A stretch of DNA of 32,000 nt, from NCBI GenBank assembly GCA_963663995.1, contig OY760660.1, positions 1,590,001 through 1,622,000 of the forward strand, written 5' to 3'. A program made the position numbers and the translations under genes. Below the pieces are notes generated by a model that worked only from the letters and a program-made list of their open reading frames with translations, was not told where the DNA came from and did not search any database. Position 1 is the first letter of the stretch. Every line of letters starts with the position of its first letter. This DNA is from Erysipelotrichaceae bacterium (lineage in GTDB: Bacteria > Bacillota_I > Bacilli_A > Erysipelotrichales > Erysipelotrichaceae). Positions 1-8,353 of this stretch are shown piece by piece.

Positions 1-1
1 C

Positions 2-139
2 CTTAATTATGCCGATCGAATTATTGGGATTAAAGAAGGAGTTATAGTTTATGATGGTCCTTCTAAAAATGTTAATAATGATATTTTAAAACAAGTTTAT
101 GGTCGTGAATTATCAGATGACGATCTAATGGAGCATTAG
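2..139 (+). CDS. phnC: 3' end of an ABC transporter ATP-binding protein, probably phosphonate importer PhnC (partial, runs off the left edge)
   Basis: Frame 2 is open from the window edge to TAG at 137-139. The translation LNYADRIIGIKEGVIVYDGPSKNVNNDILKQVYGRELSDDDLMEH looks like an ABC ATPase C-terminus. Two PhnE-type permease genes follow 3 nt downstream. Confidence 0.6.
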   Translation, partial: LNYADRIIGIKEGVIVYDGPSKNVNNDILKQVYGRELSDDDLMEH

Positions 140-142
140 TTC

Positions 143-964
143 GTGTCACATTTATTCAAATGGTTGAAACCAAAACCGATTACCCTAAGTAATGGTAAAG
201 TTGTTACCCCTAAAATGAGTGCAGCTATTTATGTCGTTCCAATCATTTTAGTCTTAACCTACTTTAGTATTGGCTTAACTCGTTTTAAACTCGGTATGTT
301 AATTAATCGTGGATATCAATTCTTTGTGATTGTCTCGCAAATGATTCCACCTAATTTTGCATATTTTGATTCTGTGGTTGGACCACTGGTAGATACGATT
401 TTAATGTCGATTGTTGGGACATTAATTGGATCAGCACTTGCCTTACCTGCTGCTTATTTATCCTCAGAACAAATGATGCAAAACCCAATTATTAAATTTA
501 TCTTTAAATCATCGATGTCAATTGTTCGTACATTCCCAATTCTTGTTTTAGCATTACTCTTCAGAATTATATTTGGGATTGGTGCTTTTGCCGGAACAAT
601 GGCGATTATGGTCTTTACCTTTACAATTATGACCAAGATGTTTTATGAGCTAATTGATACAGCTGATATGGGACCTTTTGAAGCCTCATTATCAAGTGGT
701 TCGAATCGTATCCAAGCATTTTGGGTCGCAATCATGCCTCAACTTTGGGGACAATATATTTCTTTAGTTCTCTATAACTTTGAAATGAACATTCGTAACG
801 CTGCGATTTTAGGTTATGTTGGTGCAGGTGGTATTGGGATTGTCTTAAACGAACGCTTAGGATGGCGTGTCTATGATGATGTTGGCTTAATTCTTTTAGT
901 GATGATGATTACGGTTTATTCCATTGAAAGTACAAGTCGATACATAAGGATGAAACTATTATGA
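143..964 (+). CDS. phnE: Phosphonate ABC transporter permease PhnE (copy 1)
   Basis: 273-aa polytopic membrane ORF with a GTG start. It carries the PhnE-type EAS..SGS....F..V..PQ loop and a C-terminal NIRNAAILGYVGAGGIG motif. Its stop overlaps the next start (ATGA at 961-964). Confidence 0.8.
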   Translation: MSHLFKWLKPKPITLSNGKVVTPKMSAAIYVVPIILVLTYFSIGLTRFKLGMLINRGYQFFVIVSQMIPPNFAYFDSVVGPLVDTILMSIVGTLIGSALALPAAYLSSEQMMQNPIIKFIFKSSMSIVRTFPILVLALLFRIIFGIGAFAGTMAIMVFTFTIMTKMFYELIDTADMGPFEASLSSGSNRIQAFWVAIMPQLWGQYISLVLYNFEMNIRNAAILGYVGAGGIGIVLNERLGWRVYDDVGLILLVMMITVYSIESTSRYIRMKLL

Positions 965-1782
965 GTCAAAACCAAGCAGTACTCGATAAACTAAAACAAG
1001 AACCTAAATATACCGTACAAGTAGGTTTAGCTATTAGTGCTTTGATTGCGATTATTGTTGTTTCAAATATCTACATGCCATTTAAAGGATTAACTGAAAC
1101 TGGTATGAAAATTGCCGTTAATATACTAAGTTCTATCTTTAATCCAAATACAGACTTCTTATTTGATTTCCACAGTACAGGCGGTGTTCCGTATCTCATG
1201 CTTGAGACGATGGCCATTGCATTCTTGGGAACGATTATTGGTGTTATTGTATCAATTCCAATAGCCTTTATATCATCACGTAATATCGTGCCGAAGGCAA
1301 TTGCTCATTTAGGTGTCATGATGATTACCGTGATTCGTACATTCCCAGCAGTTGTCTATGGCTTAATGTTTATCCGTGTTACAGGTCCAGGACCTTTTAC
1401 AGGTGTATTAACCTTAGCAATCGCAAGTATAGGGATGGTCTCAAAACTGTTCATTGAGGTTATTGAAGATTTAGATCCAGGGATTACAGAAGCACTAGAT
1501 GCCTCTGGATGTAATACGATTCAAAAGATTCAATATGGAATTATTCCACAATTGATGACTAACTTTATTTCAACTGCGATTTATCGTTTTGAAATTAATA
1601 TTAAATACGCAACAATCCTGGGGATGGTTGGAGCGGGTGGTATAGGTGCACCACTTATCTTTGCGATTAGTGCGTATCGTTGGAGTGATGCGGGTTCCCT
1701 ATTAATTGGACTTATCATTACCGTTTTAATTGTTGAGATGATTTCTACTCGTTTAAGAAAGAAACTCGCAACCGGTCAATAA
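961..1782 (+). CDS. phnE: Phosphonate ABC transporter permease PhnE (copy 2)
   Basis: 273-aa membrane ORF paralogous to the previous one (EALDASGCN...PQL...NIKYATILGMVGAGGIG). It is translationally coupled to the upstream gene. Confidence 0.8.
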   Translation: MSQNQAVLDKLKQEPKYTVQVGLAISALIAIIVVSNIYMPFKGLTETGMKIAVNILSSIFNPNTDFLFDFHSTGGVPYLMLETMAIAFLGTIIGVIVSIPIAFISSRNIVPKAIAHLGVMMITVIRTFPAVVYGLMFIRVTGPGPFTGVLTLAIASIGMVSKLFIEVIEDLDPGITEALDASGCNTIQKIQYGIIPQLMTNFISTAIYRFEINIKYATILGMVGAGGIGAPLIFAISAYRWSDAGSLLIGLIITVLIVEMISTRLRKKLATGQ

Positions 1783-1787
1783 TCTGT

Positions 1788-1802
1788 AGAGGCTGTAACG
1801 AA
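1788..1802. repeat. IS terminal inverted repeat, end distal to the transposase start
   Basis: AGAGGCTGTAACGAA is an exact reverse complement of 3588-3602. Weaker similarity continues inward (AGAATAG..AA). Confidence 0.65.
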
Positions 1803-1953
1803 ATAGAATAGTGAATATCCATGGTATGGATGAAAACGAAACTAGAGGCGTTACAGCTTCTTTTTTTGTTTAATCTGATGGTTTTGATATTTTTTTGGAT
1901 TAAATTTAGAAAACTAGACGACTTAAAAAGAACTTTTAAGGTTTTATAACTAT

Positions 1954-3510
1954 TTAATTGAGTTTATGTCTTAGTTTTCTTGAATGATATTTCATTAAGT
2001 TATAGCCAATACAGAGGCAATATAACTCGTTATCCACATTTTCTTTACCACGACGTGTAAATCTTTGTTTTCCCCAGTTATATTTAAGGATTCCAAAGGT
2101 TGATTCTGATTGTGCAGATCGATTCATTCTTAATTGTATCCCTCGCTCACTATCTAAGTTTTCTTTAGCGATGGACTGTAGTTCTAAGAGAACAGGATTA
2201 ATACTCAACTGTCGATTAGCTTCACTTTTCTTACAGTCTTTAGCTAAAGGACAGTCTGTACAATCAATACACTGATAATGATGAATCAATTTAGGATATA
2301 AACCTTTTTCATCTAAATGAGAATCGACGTAGTTAAAGGATTTCCCTTCAGGACAGATAAAGGATCCATCTTCTTGTCTCATGGATTTAGATTGAAATTT
2401 TTGTTTCTTCTTAACTCCATGTTTTTCCTGTTCATAAAGACTATATTTTTGAAAGAGTTCCATACCGCGTGTCACACAATAGAGATAATTATCATAACTT
2501 CCATAGCCTGCATCTGCGACGGGTGTCTTAGGATAATGACCATAAGCTTTCTTATACGCTTCTAGAAAAGGGATAAAGGTTTTCGTGTCTGTTGGGTTAG
2601 GATAAGTTTTAGCCATCATGATATATTCATCACTGACCCCTAGCTGCACATTATAGCCAGGTTTAAAGATGCCTGTTCGCATATAATAGTCTTCTTTCAT
2701 ATGCATAAAGGTCGCATCATGATCAGTTTTAGAGTAACTGTTTCGATCTCCACAGATTTGTAGATGAATCTCATATTCGATTAACTTGTTTTGATAATCT
2801 CTAATTGTTTCATAAGCTTTTTGTAAAGGATGTTTAGGATGTCCTTTACCACTGACAAACTCAATCTTTTTAAGTAAACAGTCATTGTATAAAGCCATCT
2901 TGAATTCACTTAAATCATCAGCGTGATAACTAGACTTTGTTTCTAATGAATAAGTTTTATAAAAAGCACTAATCTTTTCAAATAACTTCTTTTGGTTCTT
3001 CAACACTGCTTTCTTCCAAACAAAACTATTCTTCGTCGCATTCGCTTCAAACTTCGTTCCATCGATATAGAGAACACTGGTATCTATGTGATCTTTACGA
3101 ATAAGCACTTTATTAATTTCATAAAACAAATCTTCAAATCGCCCTTTAAGTCTTTCCTTCATCAAGCGATAAAAAGTCATATGACTCGGGCGTATCCCTT
3201 TTGATAACCAGATAAATCGAATATCTGTTTTACAGGCTGATTCAATCTTTCTTAGACTCGTTATCTGATTCATATAAGCAAACAATAAAAGCTTAATCAA
3301 TGTGATCTCTTCATAATCATGGCGACCTTTTGTATATCTCTTAACGAACACTTTAAGATTAATTTCATCCATGATTTGATTAAAACTCATCACTGGATCA
3401 TTTGTTTCAATTAAAATTCCACAATCAAGTGGCAAAACGACTTGGGTTGAGCTATAATCACTAGTGTTCGGGTAGTGGTTTAGCTCATGACGAATATTTA
3501 TATTTTCCAT
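1954..3510 (-). CDS. IS1182-family (IS5-related) DDE transposase
   Basis: 518-aa ORF. It has an N-terminal InsH-like DNA-binding region (LIKLLLFAYMNQITSLRKIESACKTDIRFIWL), a catalytic core (LYIDGTKFEANA ... VADAGYGSYDNY), a Cys-rich segment (CPEG...CIDCTDCPLAKDC) and a C-terminal SESTFGILKYNWGKQRFTRRGKENVDNELYCLCIGYNLMK signature. Confidence 0.85.
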   Translation of the reverse strand: MENINIRHELNHYPNTSDYSSTQVVLPLDCGILIETNDPVMSFNQIMDEINLKVFVKRYTKGRHDYEEITLIKLLLFAYMNQITSLRKIESACKTDIRFIWLSKGIRPSHMTFYRLMKERLKGRFEDLFYEINKVLIRKDHIDTSVLYIDGTKFEANATKNSFVWKKAVLKNQKKLFEKISAFYKTYSLETKSSYHADDLSEFKMALYNDCLLKKIEFVSGKGHPKHPLQKAYETIRDYQNKLIEYEIHLQICGDRNSYSKTDHDATFMHMKEDYYMRTGIFKPGYNVQLGVSDEYIMMAKTYPNPTDTKTFIPFLEAYKKAYGHYPKTPVADAGYGSYDNYLYCVTRGMELFQKYSLYEQEKHGVKKKQKFQSKSMRQEDGSFICPEGKSFNYVDSHLDEKGLYPKLIHHYQCIDCTDCPLAKDCKKSEANRQLSINPVLLELQSIAKENLDSERGIQLRMNRSAQSESTFGILKYNWGKQRFTRRGKENVDNELYCLCIGYNLMKYHSRKLRHKLN

Positions 3511-3587
3511 GACTAAATTATATCTAAGAAAAGGTCCAAGCGTAATGCCTGGACCTTTTCCTTTACTTCTATTCTTGAGCCTGTTTA

Positions 3588-3602
3588 TTCGTTACAGCCT
3601 CT
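3588..3602. repeat. IS terminal inverted repeat, end proximal to the transposase start
   Basis: TTCGTTACAGCCTCT is the reverse complement of 1788-1802 and is followed directly by a T7 run. Confidence 0.65.
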
Positions 3603-3744
3603 TTTTTTATCTTAAGAATAATTTAGTAAATCACAATGGTTTATGTTTTGGGATTATTGTTAGTTAAAAGATGAAAAGGAAGAGTGAATATGTTATGAAA
3701 TGACACTATTAAAAAAGAGAGTATTAAATTTCTGCTTTTACCTA

Positions 3745-3773
3745 TTGACTTGGTAGGTAGACTTTGATAAACT
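3745..3773 (+). promoter_or_regulatory. Candidate sigma-A promoter of the metY operon, with an overlapping inverted repeat
   Basis: TTGACT (3745-3750), a 17-nt spacer, then TAAACT (3768-3773). The -35 box sits between the arms of TACCTA(3739-3744)-N9-TAGGTA(3754-3759). Confidence 0.4.
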
Positions 3774-3915
3774 CATGTTAATCTTAGTGAAAGGAAAGTG
3801 AAGACATGGCAAACTCAAACAATACCTTGTTTAAATCACACTATAGTTTTCATCGAATGCGAAGCTCATATTTTTAATATGAACATTTAACACACTCGAA
3901 AGGAACTTAATTAAG

Positions 3916-5202
3916 ATGAGTAAAAACTATAAATTTGAAACATTACAACTACACGTAGGACAAGAGAACCCAGATTCAGCAACAGATTCAAGAGCTGTTC
4001 CAATCTATGCGACAACTTCCTATGTATTTAAAGACTCAGCGCAAGCTGCTGGTCGATTTGCATTAACAGAGGGTGGAAACATTTATACACGTTTAATGAA
4101 TCCAACTTCAGATGTCTTTGAACAAAGAATTGCTGCTTTAGAAGGTGGTGCTGCTGCCTTATCAGTCGCATCGGGAACTGCAGCCATTAACTATGCCATA
4201 TTAAACATTGCTAAAGCTGGTGATCATATCGTCTCTTCATCAAGCGTTTATGGAGGTACATATAACTTCTTTGCAAATACCATTAAAGAATGGGGCATTG
4301 ATTCAACATTTGTTGATGGAAGTGATGTCACCAACTTCGAAAAAGCAATCAAAGAAAATACAAAAGCTGTTTTCTTAGAATCTTTAGGAAATCCTAACTC
4401 AGATATTATTGATCTAGAAGCTGTTTCTGAAATAGCTCATAAACATGGTATTCCAGTTATTATTGATAATACCTTCGCAACCCCTTATCTCTTCAGACCA
4501 CTTGAACATGGTGCTGATATTGTTGTTCACTCAGCAACTAAATTCATTGGTGGACATGGAACGGTTTTAGGCGGTGTCATCATTGATGGTGGTAAATTTG
4601 ATTGGACACAAAATGATAAATTCCCAGGAATTACTCAACCAAATCCAAACTATCACGGTGTTGTTTTCTCACAAGCTGCTGGTAACTTAGCTTACATTAT
4701 TAAAATACGTACAACCTTACTTAGAGATAATGGTGCAGCGATTTCACCATTTAACTCTTGGTTACTCTTACAAGGTTTAGAAACACTATCACTTAGAGTT
4801 GAACGCCATGTTGAGAATGCTTTAAAAGTTGTTGATTTCCTAAAATCACATCCACAAGTTGAAAAGGTAAATCACCCATCAATTGCAGATGCGAAAACAC
4901 AAGAACTATACAAAAAGTATTATCCTCAAGGTGCTGGTTCAATCTTTACAGTTGAACTAAAAGGTAGTGAAGAAGATGCGAAGAAATTCACAGAATCACT
5001 TGAACTCTTCTCATTACTTGCAAATGTTGCGGATGTTAAATCACTTGTTATCCATCCAGCATCAACGACTCACTCACAGCTTTCAACAGAGGAATTACTA
5101 GAAATTGGTATTAAACCAACGACCGTACGTCTATCAGTTGGAACAGAACATATTGATGATATCCTAGCCGATCTTGAGCATGGATTTAACGCCATTAAAT
5201 AA
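3916..5202 (+). CDS. metY: O-acetylhomoserine sulfhydrylase (aminocarboxypropyltransferase), PLP-dependent Cys/Met-metabolism family
   Basis: 428 aa. The N-terminus FETLQLHVGQE...DSRAVPIYATTSYVF and the PLP-lysine region HSATKFIGGHG are typical of MetY/CysD enzymes. AGGAA-type RBS upstream. Confidence 0.9.
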   Translation: MSKNYKFETLQLHVGQENPDSATDSRAVPIYATTSYVFKDSAQAAGRFALTEGGNIYTRLMNPTSDVFEQRIAALEGGAAALSVASGTAAINYAILNIAKAGDHIVSSSSVYGGTYNFFANTIKEWGIDSTFVDGSDVTNFEKAIKENTKAVFLESLGNPNSDIIDLEAVSEIAHKHGIPVIIDNTFATPYLFRPLEHGADIVVHSATKFIGGHGTVLGGVIIDGGKFDWTQNDKFPGITQPNPNYHGVVFSQAAGNLAYIIKIRTTLLRDNGAAISPFNSWLLLQGLETLSLRVERHVENALKVVDFLKSHPQVEKVNHPSIADAKTQELYKKYYPQGAGSIFTVELKGSEEDAKKFTESLELFSLLANVADVKSLVIHPASTTHSQLSTEELLEIGIKPTTVRLSVGTEHIDDILADLEHGFNAIK

Positions 5203-5211
5203 ATAGTGTAA

Positions 5212-5235
5212 AATAAACCGGGAAACCGGTTTATT
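5212..5235 (+). other. Stem-loop between metY and metA (10-bp stem, GAAA loop)
   Basis: AATAAACCGG-GAAA-CCGGTTTATT. There is no U-tract beyond the stem, so it is more likely a processing or stability element or a weak attenuator than a full terminator. Confidence 0.35.
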
Positions 5236-5271
5236 GTGCGTCTATGCTTTTATGAAAGGATAATGTTAATC

Positions 5272-6189
5272 ATGCCTATAAAAATTCCAAATTTATTACC
5301 AGCCACAAAGATACTTGAAGAAGAAAATATCTTTGTGATGAATGAAGCGAGGGCGATGAATCAAGATATTCGTCCGCTTAAAATTCTTCTCTTAAATTTA
5401 ATGCCAACAAAGATTGAAACGGAAACACAGTTATCAAGACTTTTAGGTAACACACCACTACAAGTTGAATTAGAACTTCTACAAATGAAGTCGTATAAAT
5501 CAAAGAATGTATCTGAAGAACATATGTTAGCGTTCTATCAATTTTTTGATGAGATTAAAGACAAAAAATATGATGGACTAGTGATTACTGGTGCACCTGT
5601 AGAAACTTTAGAATTTAATGAAGTTGAATACTGGGAAGAACTTAAACAAATTATCGACTGGAGTAAAACACATGTTCACTCTAAATTCTATATTTGTTGG
5701 GGAGCACAAGCAGCTCTTTTCCATAATTATGGAATTGATAAGTTACCTTTAGAAGAGAAGATGTTTGGTCTTTTCTCTCATAAAGTCAATAATAAGAAAT
5801 CTATGTGGACTCGTGGTTTTGATGATTGTTTCATGGCCCCACATTCACGTCATACATCTGTGGATCCTGAAGAAGTTAAAAAGATAGATGAATTAGAAGT
5901 TATCGCTGAATCAGAAGAAGCCGGCATATACTTAATTAAATCTAAAGATTCAAGAGAGTTCTATGTGATGGGGCATAGTGAATATGACCCATATACTCTA
6001 AAAAGAGAATATGATCGAGACGTGAGTTTAGGAAGAAGCATTAAGGTACCACAAAACTACTTTGTAAATGATGATCCAAATAATGAAGTGCTCGTCACTT
6101 GGAGATCACATGCTAACTTATTATTTTCAAATTGGCTAAACTATTATGTTTACCAATCAACACCATTCGATATTAATTCAATTGATTAA
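5272..6189 (+). CDS. metA: Homoserine O-acyltransferase MetA (acetyl/succinyl)
   Basis: The MetA-typical N-terminus [11 protein letters not shown] starts at ATG 5272, with AAAGGA 12 nt upstream. The catalytic region [10 protein letters not shown] and HSRHT are present. The 5236 GTG start in the ORF track is an upstream extension overlapping the stem-loop. Confidence 0.9.
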   Translation: MPIKIPNLLPATKILEEENIFVMNEARAMNQDIRPLKILLLNLMPTKIETETQLSRLLGNTPLQVELELLQMKSYKSKNVSEEHMLAFYQFFDEIKDKKYDGLVITGAPVETLEFNEVEYWEELKQIIDWSKTHVHSKFYICWGAQAALFHNYGIDKLPLEEKMFGLFSHKVNNKKSMWTRGFDDCFMAPHSRHTSVDPEEVKKIDELEVIAESEEAGIYLIKSKDSREFYVMGHSEYDPYTLKREYDRDVSLGRSIKVPQNYFVNDDPNNEVLVTWRSHANLLFSNWLNYYVYQSTPFDINSID

Positions 6190-6206
6190 GACAAGGGGGA
6201 TACACT

Positions 6207-6632
6207 ATGATGATCTCAACAAAGGGTCGCTATGCCCTAAGAGTAATGGTTGATTTATATGATCATGAATCATTCAACTATATTCCTCTAAAAGATATTG
6301 CTGAAAGACAAGAAATATCACTTAAATACTTAGAGAGCATAATGACCATTCTTTCGAAAGCGAAGTTTGTTGATGCGACTCATGGCATTGGTGGTGGATA
6401 TAAACTAAACCGTGAAGCAAGAGATTACACAGTTGGTAGTATTTTGAAACTAACAGAGAAGTCTTTAGCACCAGTTGCCTGTCTTGATAAAGGTTATGAT
6501 TGTACACGTGGTAACACTTGTAAGACACTACCAATGTGGGAAGGTTTAAATCAAGTCATTGATACTTATTTAGAAAGTATTAACCTTCAACAATTAGCTG
6601 AGTCAGCTATTGGCTTCAACTATATGATTTAA
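6207..6632 (+). CDS. Rrf2-family transcriptional regulator with an IscR/NsrR-type three-Cys cluster ligand set
   Basis: Rrf2 wHTH N-terminus (STKGRYALRVMVDL...IAERQEISLKYLESI). Cys92-x6-Cys99-x5-Cys105 (ACLDKGYDCTRGNTC). GGGGGA RBS. It lies 17 nt after metA. Confidence 0.85.
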   Translation: MMISTKGRYALRVMVDLYDHESFNYIPLKDIAERQEISLKYLESIMTILSKAKFVDATHGIGGGYKLNREARDYTVGSILKLTEKSLAPVACLDKGYDCTRGNTCKTLPMWEGLNQVIDTYLESINLQQLAESAIGFNYMI

Positions 6633-6660
6633 ACCATATTTATTCAGATTATTTCAGAAT

Positions 6661-6690
6661 AAGAATAAGCTCTTTGCTTATTCTTTTTTT
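6661..6690 (+). terminator. Rho-independent terminator of the metY-metA-rrf2 operon
   Basis: AAGAATAAGC-TCTTT-GCTTATTCTT followed by TTTTT. Confidence 0.75.
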
Positions 6691-6722
6691 AGACCTATGA
6701 TAGTGATAAGGAAGATAAAAAC

Positions 6723-7388
6723 ATGAAAAAGCTAATAACCATGATGATTATCATATTTATAAGTTTGTCTGTATTTTCAGCATGTCATGTAGTTGAAGAT
6801 GAAGATACTGTTTCTAGCTCAACCATGGAACGCTTTAGAGAAAATGAAATAACAGAATATCAAGGAATGAATCTTGATCCTGCTGTTGGACCACGTGATA
6901 ACTCAATAACAGGTGTTCAATATGTTGATCTTGAAACTTATCAATTAAAAATTACAGGTTTAGTTAATGAAAACATTAGTTTAATGTATGAAGATGTATT
7001 AGCGTTAGATAAATATCAACGACTTATTACTTTATATTGTGTTGAAGGATGGGATGCGACTATCTTTTGGGAAGGTGCACTGATATCAGATATCCTTAAT
7101 TTGGCCGGAGTGAAAGATGATGTGAATACAGTTATCTTTAAAGCTGTTGATGGATATACAACATCTTTGCCACTTGAAACAATTGTAGATAATGAACTTA
7201 TTTTAGCTTACTATGCTAATGGTATAGATTTACCTCCAGAAATGGGCTATCCATTTATTGTGGTTGCGGAAGACAAACTTGGTTATAAATGGGCCCGTTG
7301 GGTCAATGAAATTGAATTATCGAATGATGAAGATTACAAAGGTTACTGGGAACAACGCGGTTACAGTAATAAAGCTGATTTAAATTAA
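6723..7388 (+). CDS. Lipoprotein with a molybdopterin-binding oxidoreductase (sulfite oxidase/MsrP-type) domain
   Basis: Signal peptide ending SVFSA|C (lipobox-like). The mature part has the Oxidored_molyb pattern: ITGLV...L....LITLYCVEGWDATIFWEG (candidate Mo-ligand Cys), ILAYYANG..LPPEMGYPFIVV and GYKWARWVNEIEL. Confidence 0.6.
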   Translation: MKKLITMMIIIFISLSVFSACHVVEDEDTVSSSTMERFRENEITEYQGMNLDPAVGPRDNSITGVQYVDLETYQLKITGLVNENISLMYEDVLALDKYQRLITLYCVEGWDATIFWEGALISDILNLAGVKDDVNTVIFKAVDGYTTSLPLETIVDNELILAYYANGIDLPPEMGYPFIVVAEDKLGYKWARWVNEIELSNDEDYKGYWEQRGYSNKADLN

Positions 7389-7398
7389 TGTATCTAAT

Positions 7399-7427
7399 TT
7401 GACATTCAATTTTCATAGGATTATACT
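7399..7427 (+). promoter_or_regulatory. Sigma-A promoter for ssrA
   Basis: TTGACA (7399-7404), exactly 17 nt, then TATACT (7422-7427). It lies about 55 nt upstream of the mature tmRNA 5' end. Confidence 0.55.
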
Positions 7428-7483
7428 TCATTATGCATTACAACCCTAATGTAGATGTTGCGGCAGTGCTACAACATAATCAC

Positions 7484-7837
7484 GGGGATGTCATGGTTTC
7501 GACAGGTTGATGTTGGATTCAGACTGCAGTGGAGTGGCGACCTAATTGCCAAAAAAACAATAACTGGAAACTCAAGATTAAGTTTCGCTGCTTAATTAGC
7601 TTAACGTAGCTTGCAGCTATCGCTATTAACCCTGCCCCTGGGGTTGATGGTGGATACTAATAAACATGGGATCGTTAAGGAAGACCGTTCTTTCGAGCCT
7701 TGGCTAAATCACAGTAGGACAACTTATCACATGGCGCGTTTGAAGCATTTGTGATTCGTATAAAAGTCAAACTAAACTGTAGACGTTTGAATGAGGACAC
7801 TATTTGGACAGGGGTTCGACTCCCCTCATCTCCACCA
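7484..7837 (+). ncRNA. ssrA: tmRNA (transfer-messenger RNA)
   Basis: 5' GGGGATGTCATGGTTTCGACAGG and 3' GGACAGGGGTTCGACTCCCCTCATCTCCACCA form the tRNA-Ala-like acceptor/T-arm. The internal tag frame GCC AAA AAA ACA ATA ACT GGA AAC TCA AGA TTA AGT TTC GCT GCT TAA (7548-7595) gives (A)KKTITGNSRLSFAA. The resume codon is inferred. Confidence 0.9.
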
Positions 7838-7850
7838 ATGTGGAAAAATA

Positions 7851-7875
7851 AGCACTGAAAAGTGCTTTTTGTTTA
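7851..7875 (+). terminator. ssrA terminator
   Basis: AAGCACT-GAAA-AGTGCTT followed by TTTGTTT. Confidence 0.75.
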
Positions 7876-7942
7876 CATGTTTGAGATTATTGATTTAGAG
7901 TTCTGCAGCCGTTAGAATAAAAACATTAATAGAGGTATTGTT

Positions 7943-8353
7943 ATGAATTTAGAACTAGTGCTTAAGGGTTTTAGAAATGAGTTAATCCATGAATCTTTAA
8001 AGGAAGAAAGAGCTAGAGATAGAAATTTCTTATTTGTTGAAGCACAAAAGATTACGATAGATATCAATAACAAGTATCACAGTGATAGTGAACTAAAAAC
8101 ACTAATGGAAAAATTGATTGGAAAGTCTATAGGAGATGGATTTAAATTGTTTCCTTCATTCTATTCAGAGTTTGGTAAAAATATAAGTATTGGAAAAAAT
8201 GTCTGGATTGGTTCGAACGTTGTTGTATTACAAGGGGTAAACATTGGTGATTGGGCAGTGATGGCAGCCGGTGCTGCTGTCACAAAAAATGTAGAACCCT
8301 ATACCATTGTAGGAGGAGTGCCTGCAAAGTTTATTAGAAAAGTAACGGATTAA
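7943..8353 (+). CDS. Maltose/galactoside O-acetyltransferase-like hexapeptide-repeat protein with an apparent in-frame internal deletion
   Basis: 136 aa. The C-terminal left-handed beta-helix repeats ([47 protein letters not shown]) and the N-terminal Maa-like helix region are present. The segment between IGKN and VWIG that normally carries the catalytic His (about 50-57 aa in E. coli Maa) is absent. Confidence 0.6.
   Translation: MNLELVLKGFRNELIHESLKEERARDRNFLFVEAQKITIDINNKYHSDSELKTLMEKLIGKSIGDGFKLFPSFYSEFGKNISIGKNVWIGSNVVVLQGVNIGDWAVMAAGAAVTKNVEPYTIVGGVPAKFIRKVTD

Larger units (their letters stand above)
1788..3602 (-). mobile_element. IS1182-family insertion sequence (about 1815 bp) with a single transposase gene
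   Basis: A perfect 15-bp terminal inverted repeat AGAGGCTGTAACGAA (1788-1802, reverse complement at 3588-3602) brackets one 518-aa DDE transposase ORF. The length fits IS1182-family elements. No clean short target-site duplication is visible, so the boundaries are provisional. Confidence 0.65.

Noticed and set aside
962-964. I considered a Mollicutes-type genetic code (UGA = Trp), given the low GC content and the FAA-ending tmRNA tag.
   Set aside because: TGA serves as a genuine stop (phnE copy 1, overlapped by the next ATG), and all long ORFs are intact under code 11.
2317-3204. Two plus-strand ORFs (2317-2565, 2992-3204) lie inside the IS.
   Set aside because: Both are antisense to the intact transposase ORF and have no RBS. 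They are typical AT-rich shadow frames.
3603-3915. I looked for a SAM (S-box/SAM-I) riboswitch or Met T-box leader upstream of metY.
   Set aside because: The conserved S-box core and the T-box 14-mer (..GGTGGTACCGCG..) are both absent. No terminator/antiterminator pair is visible. A covariance-model scan would be needed to be certain.
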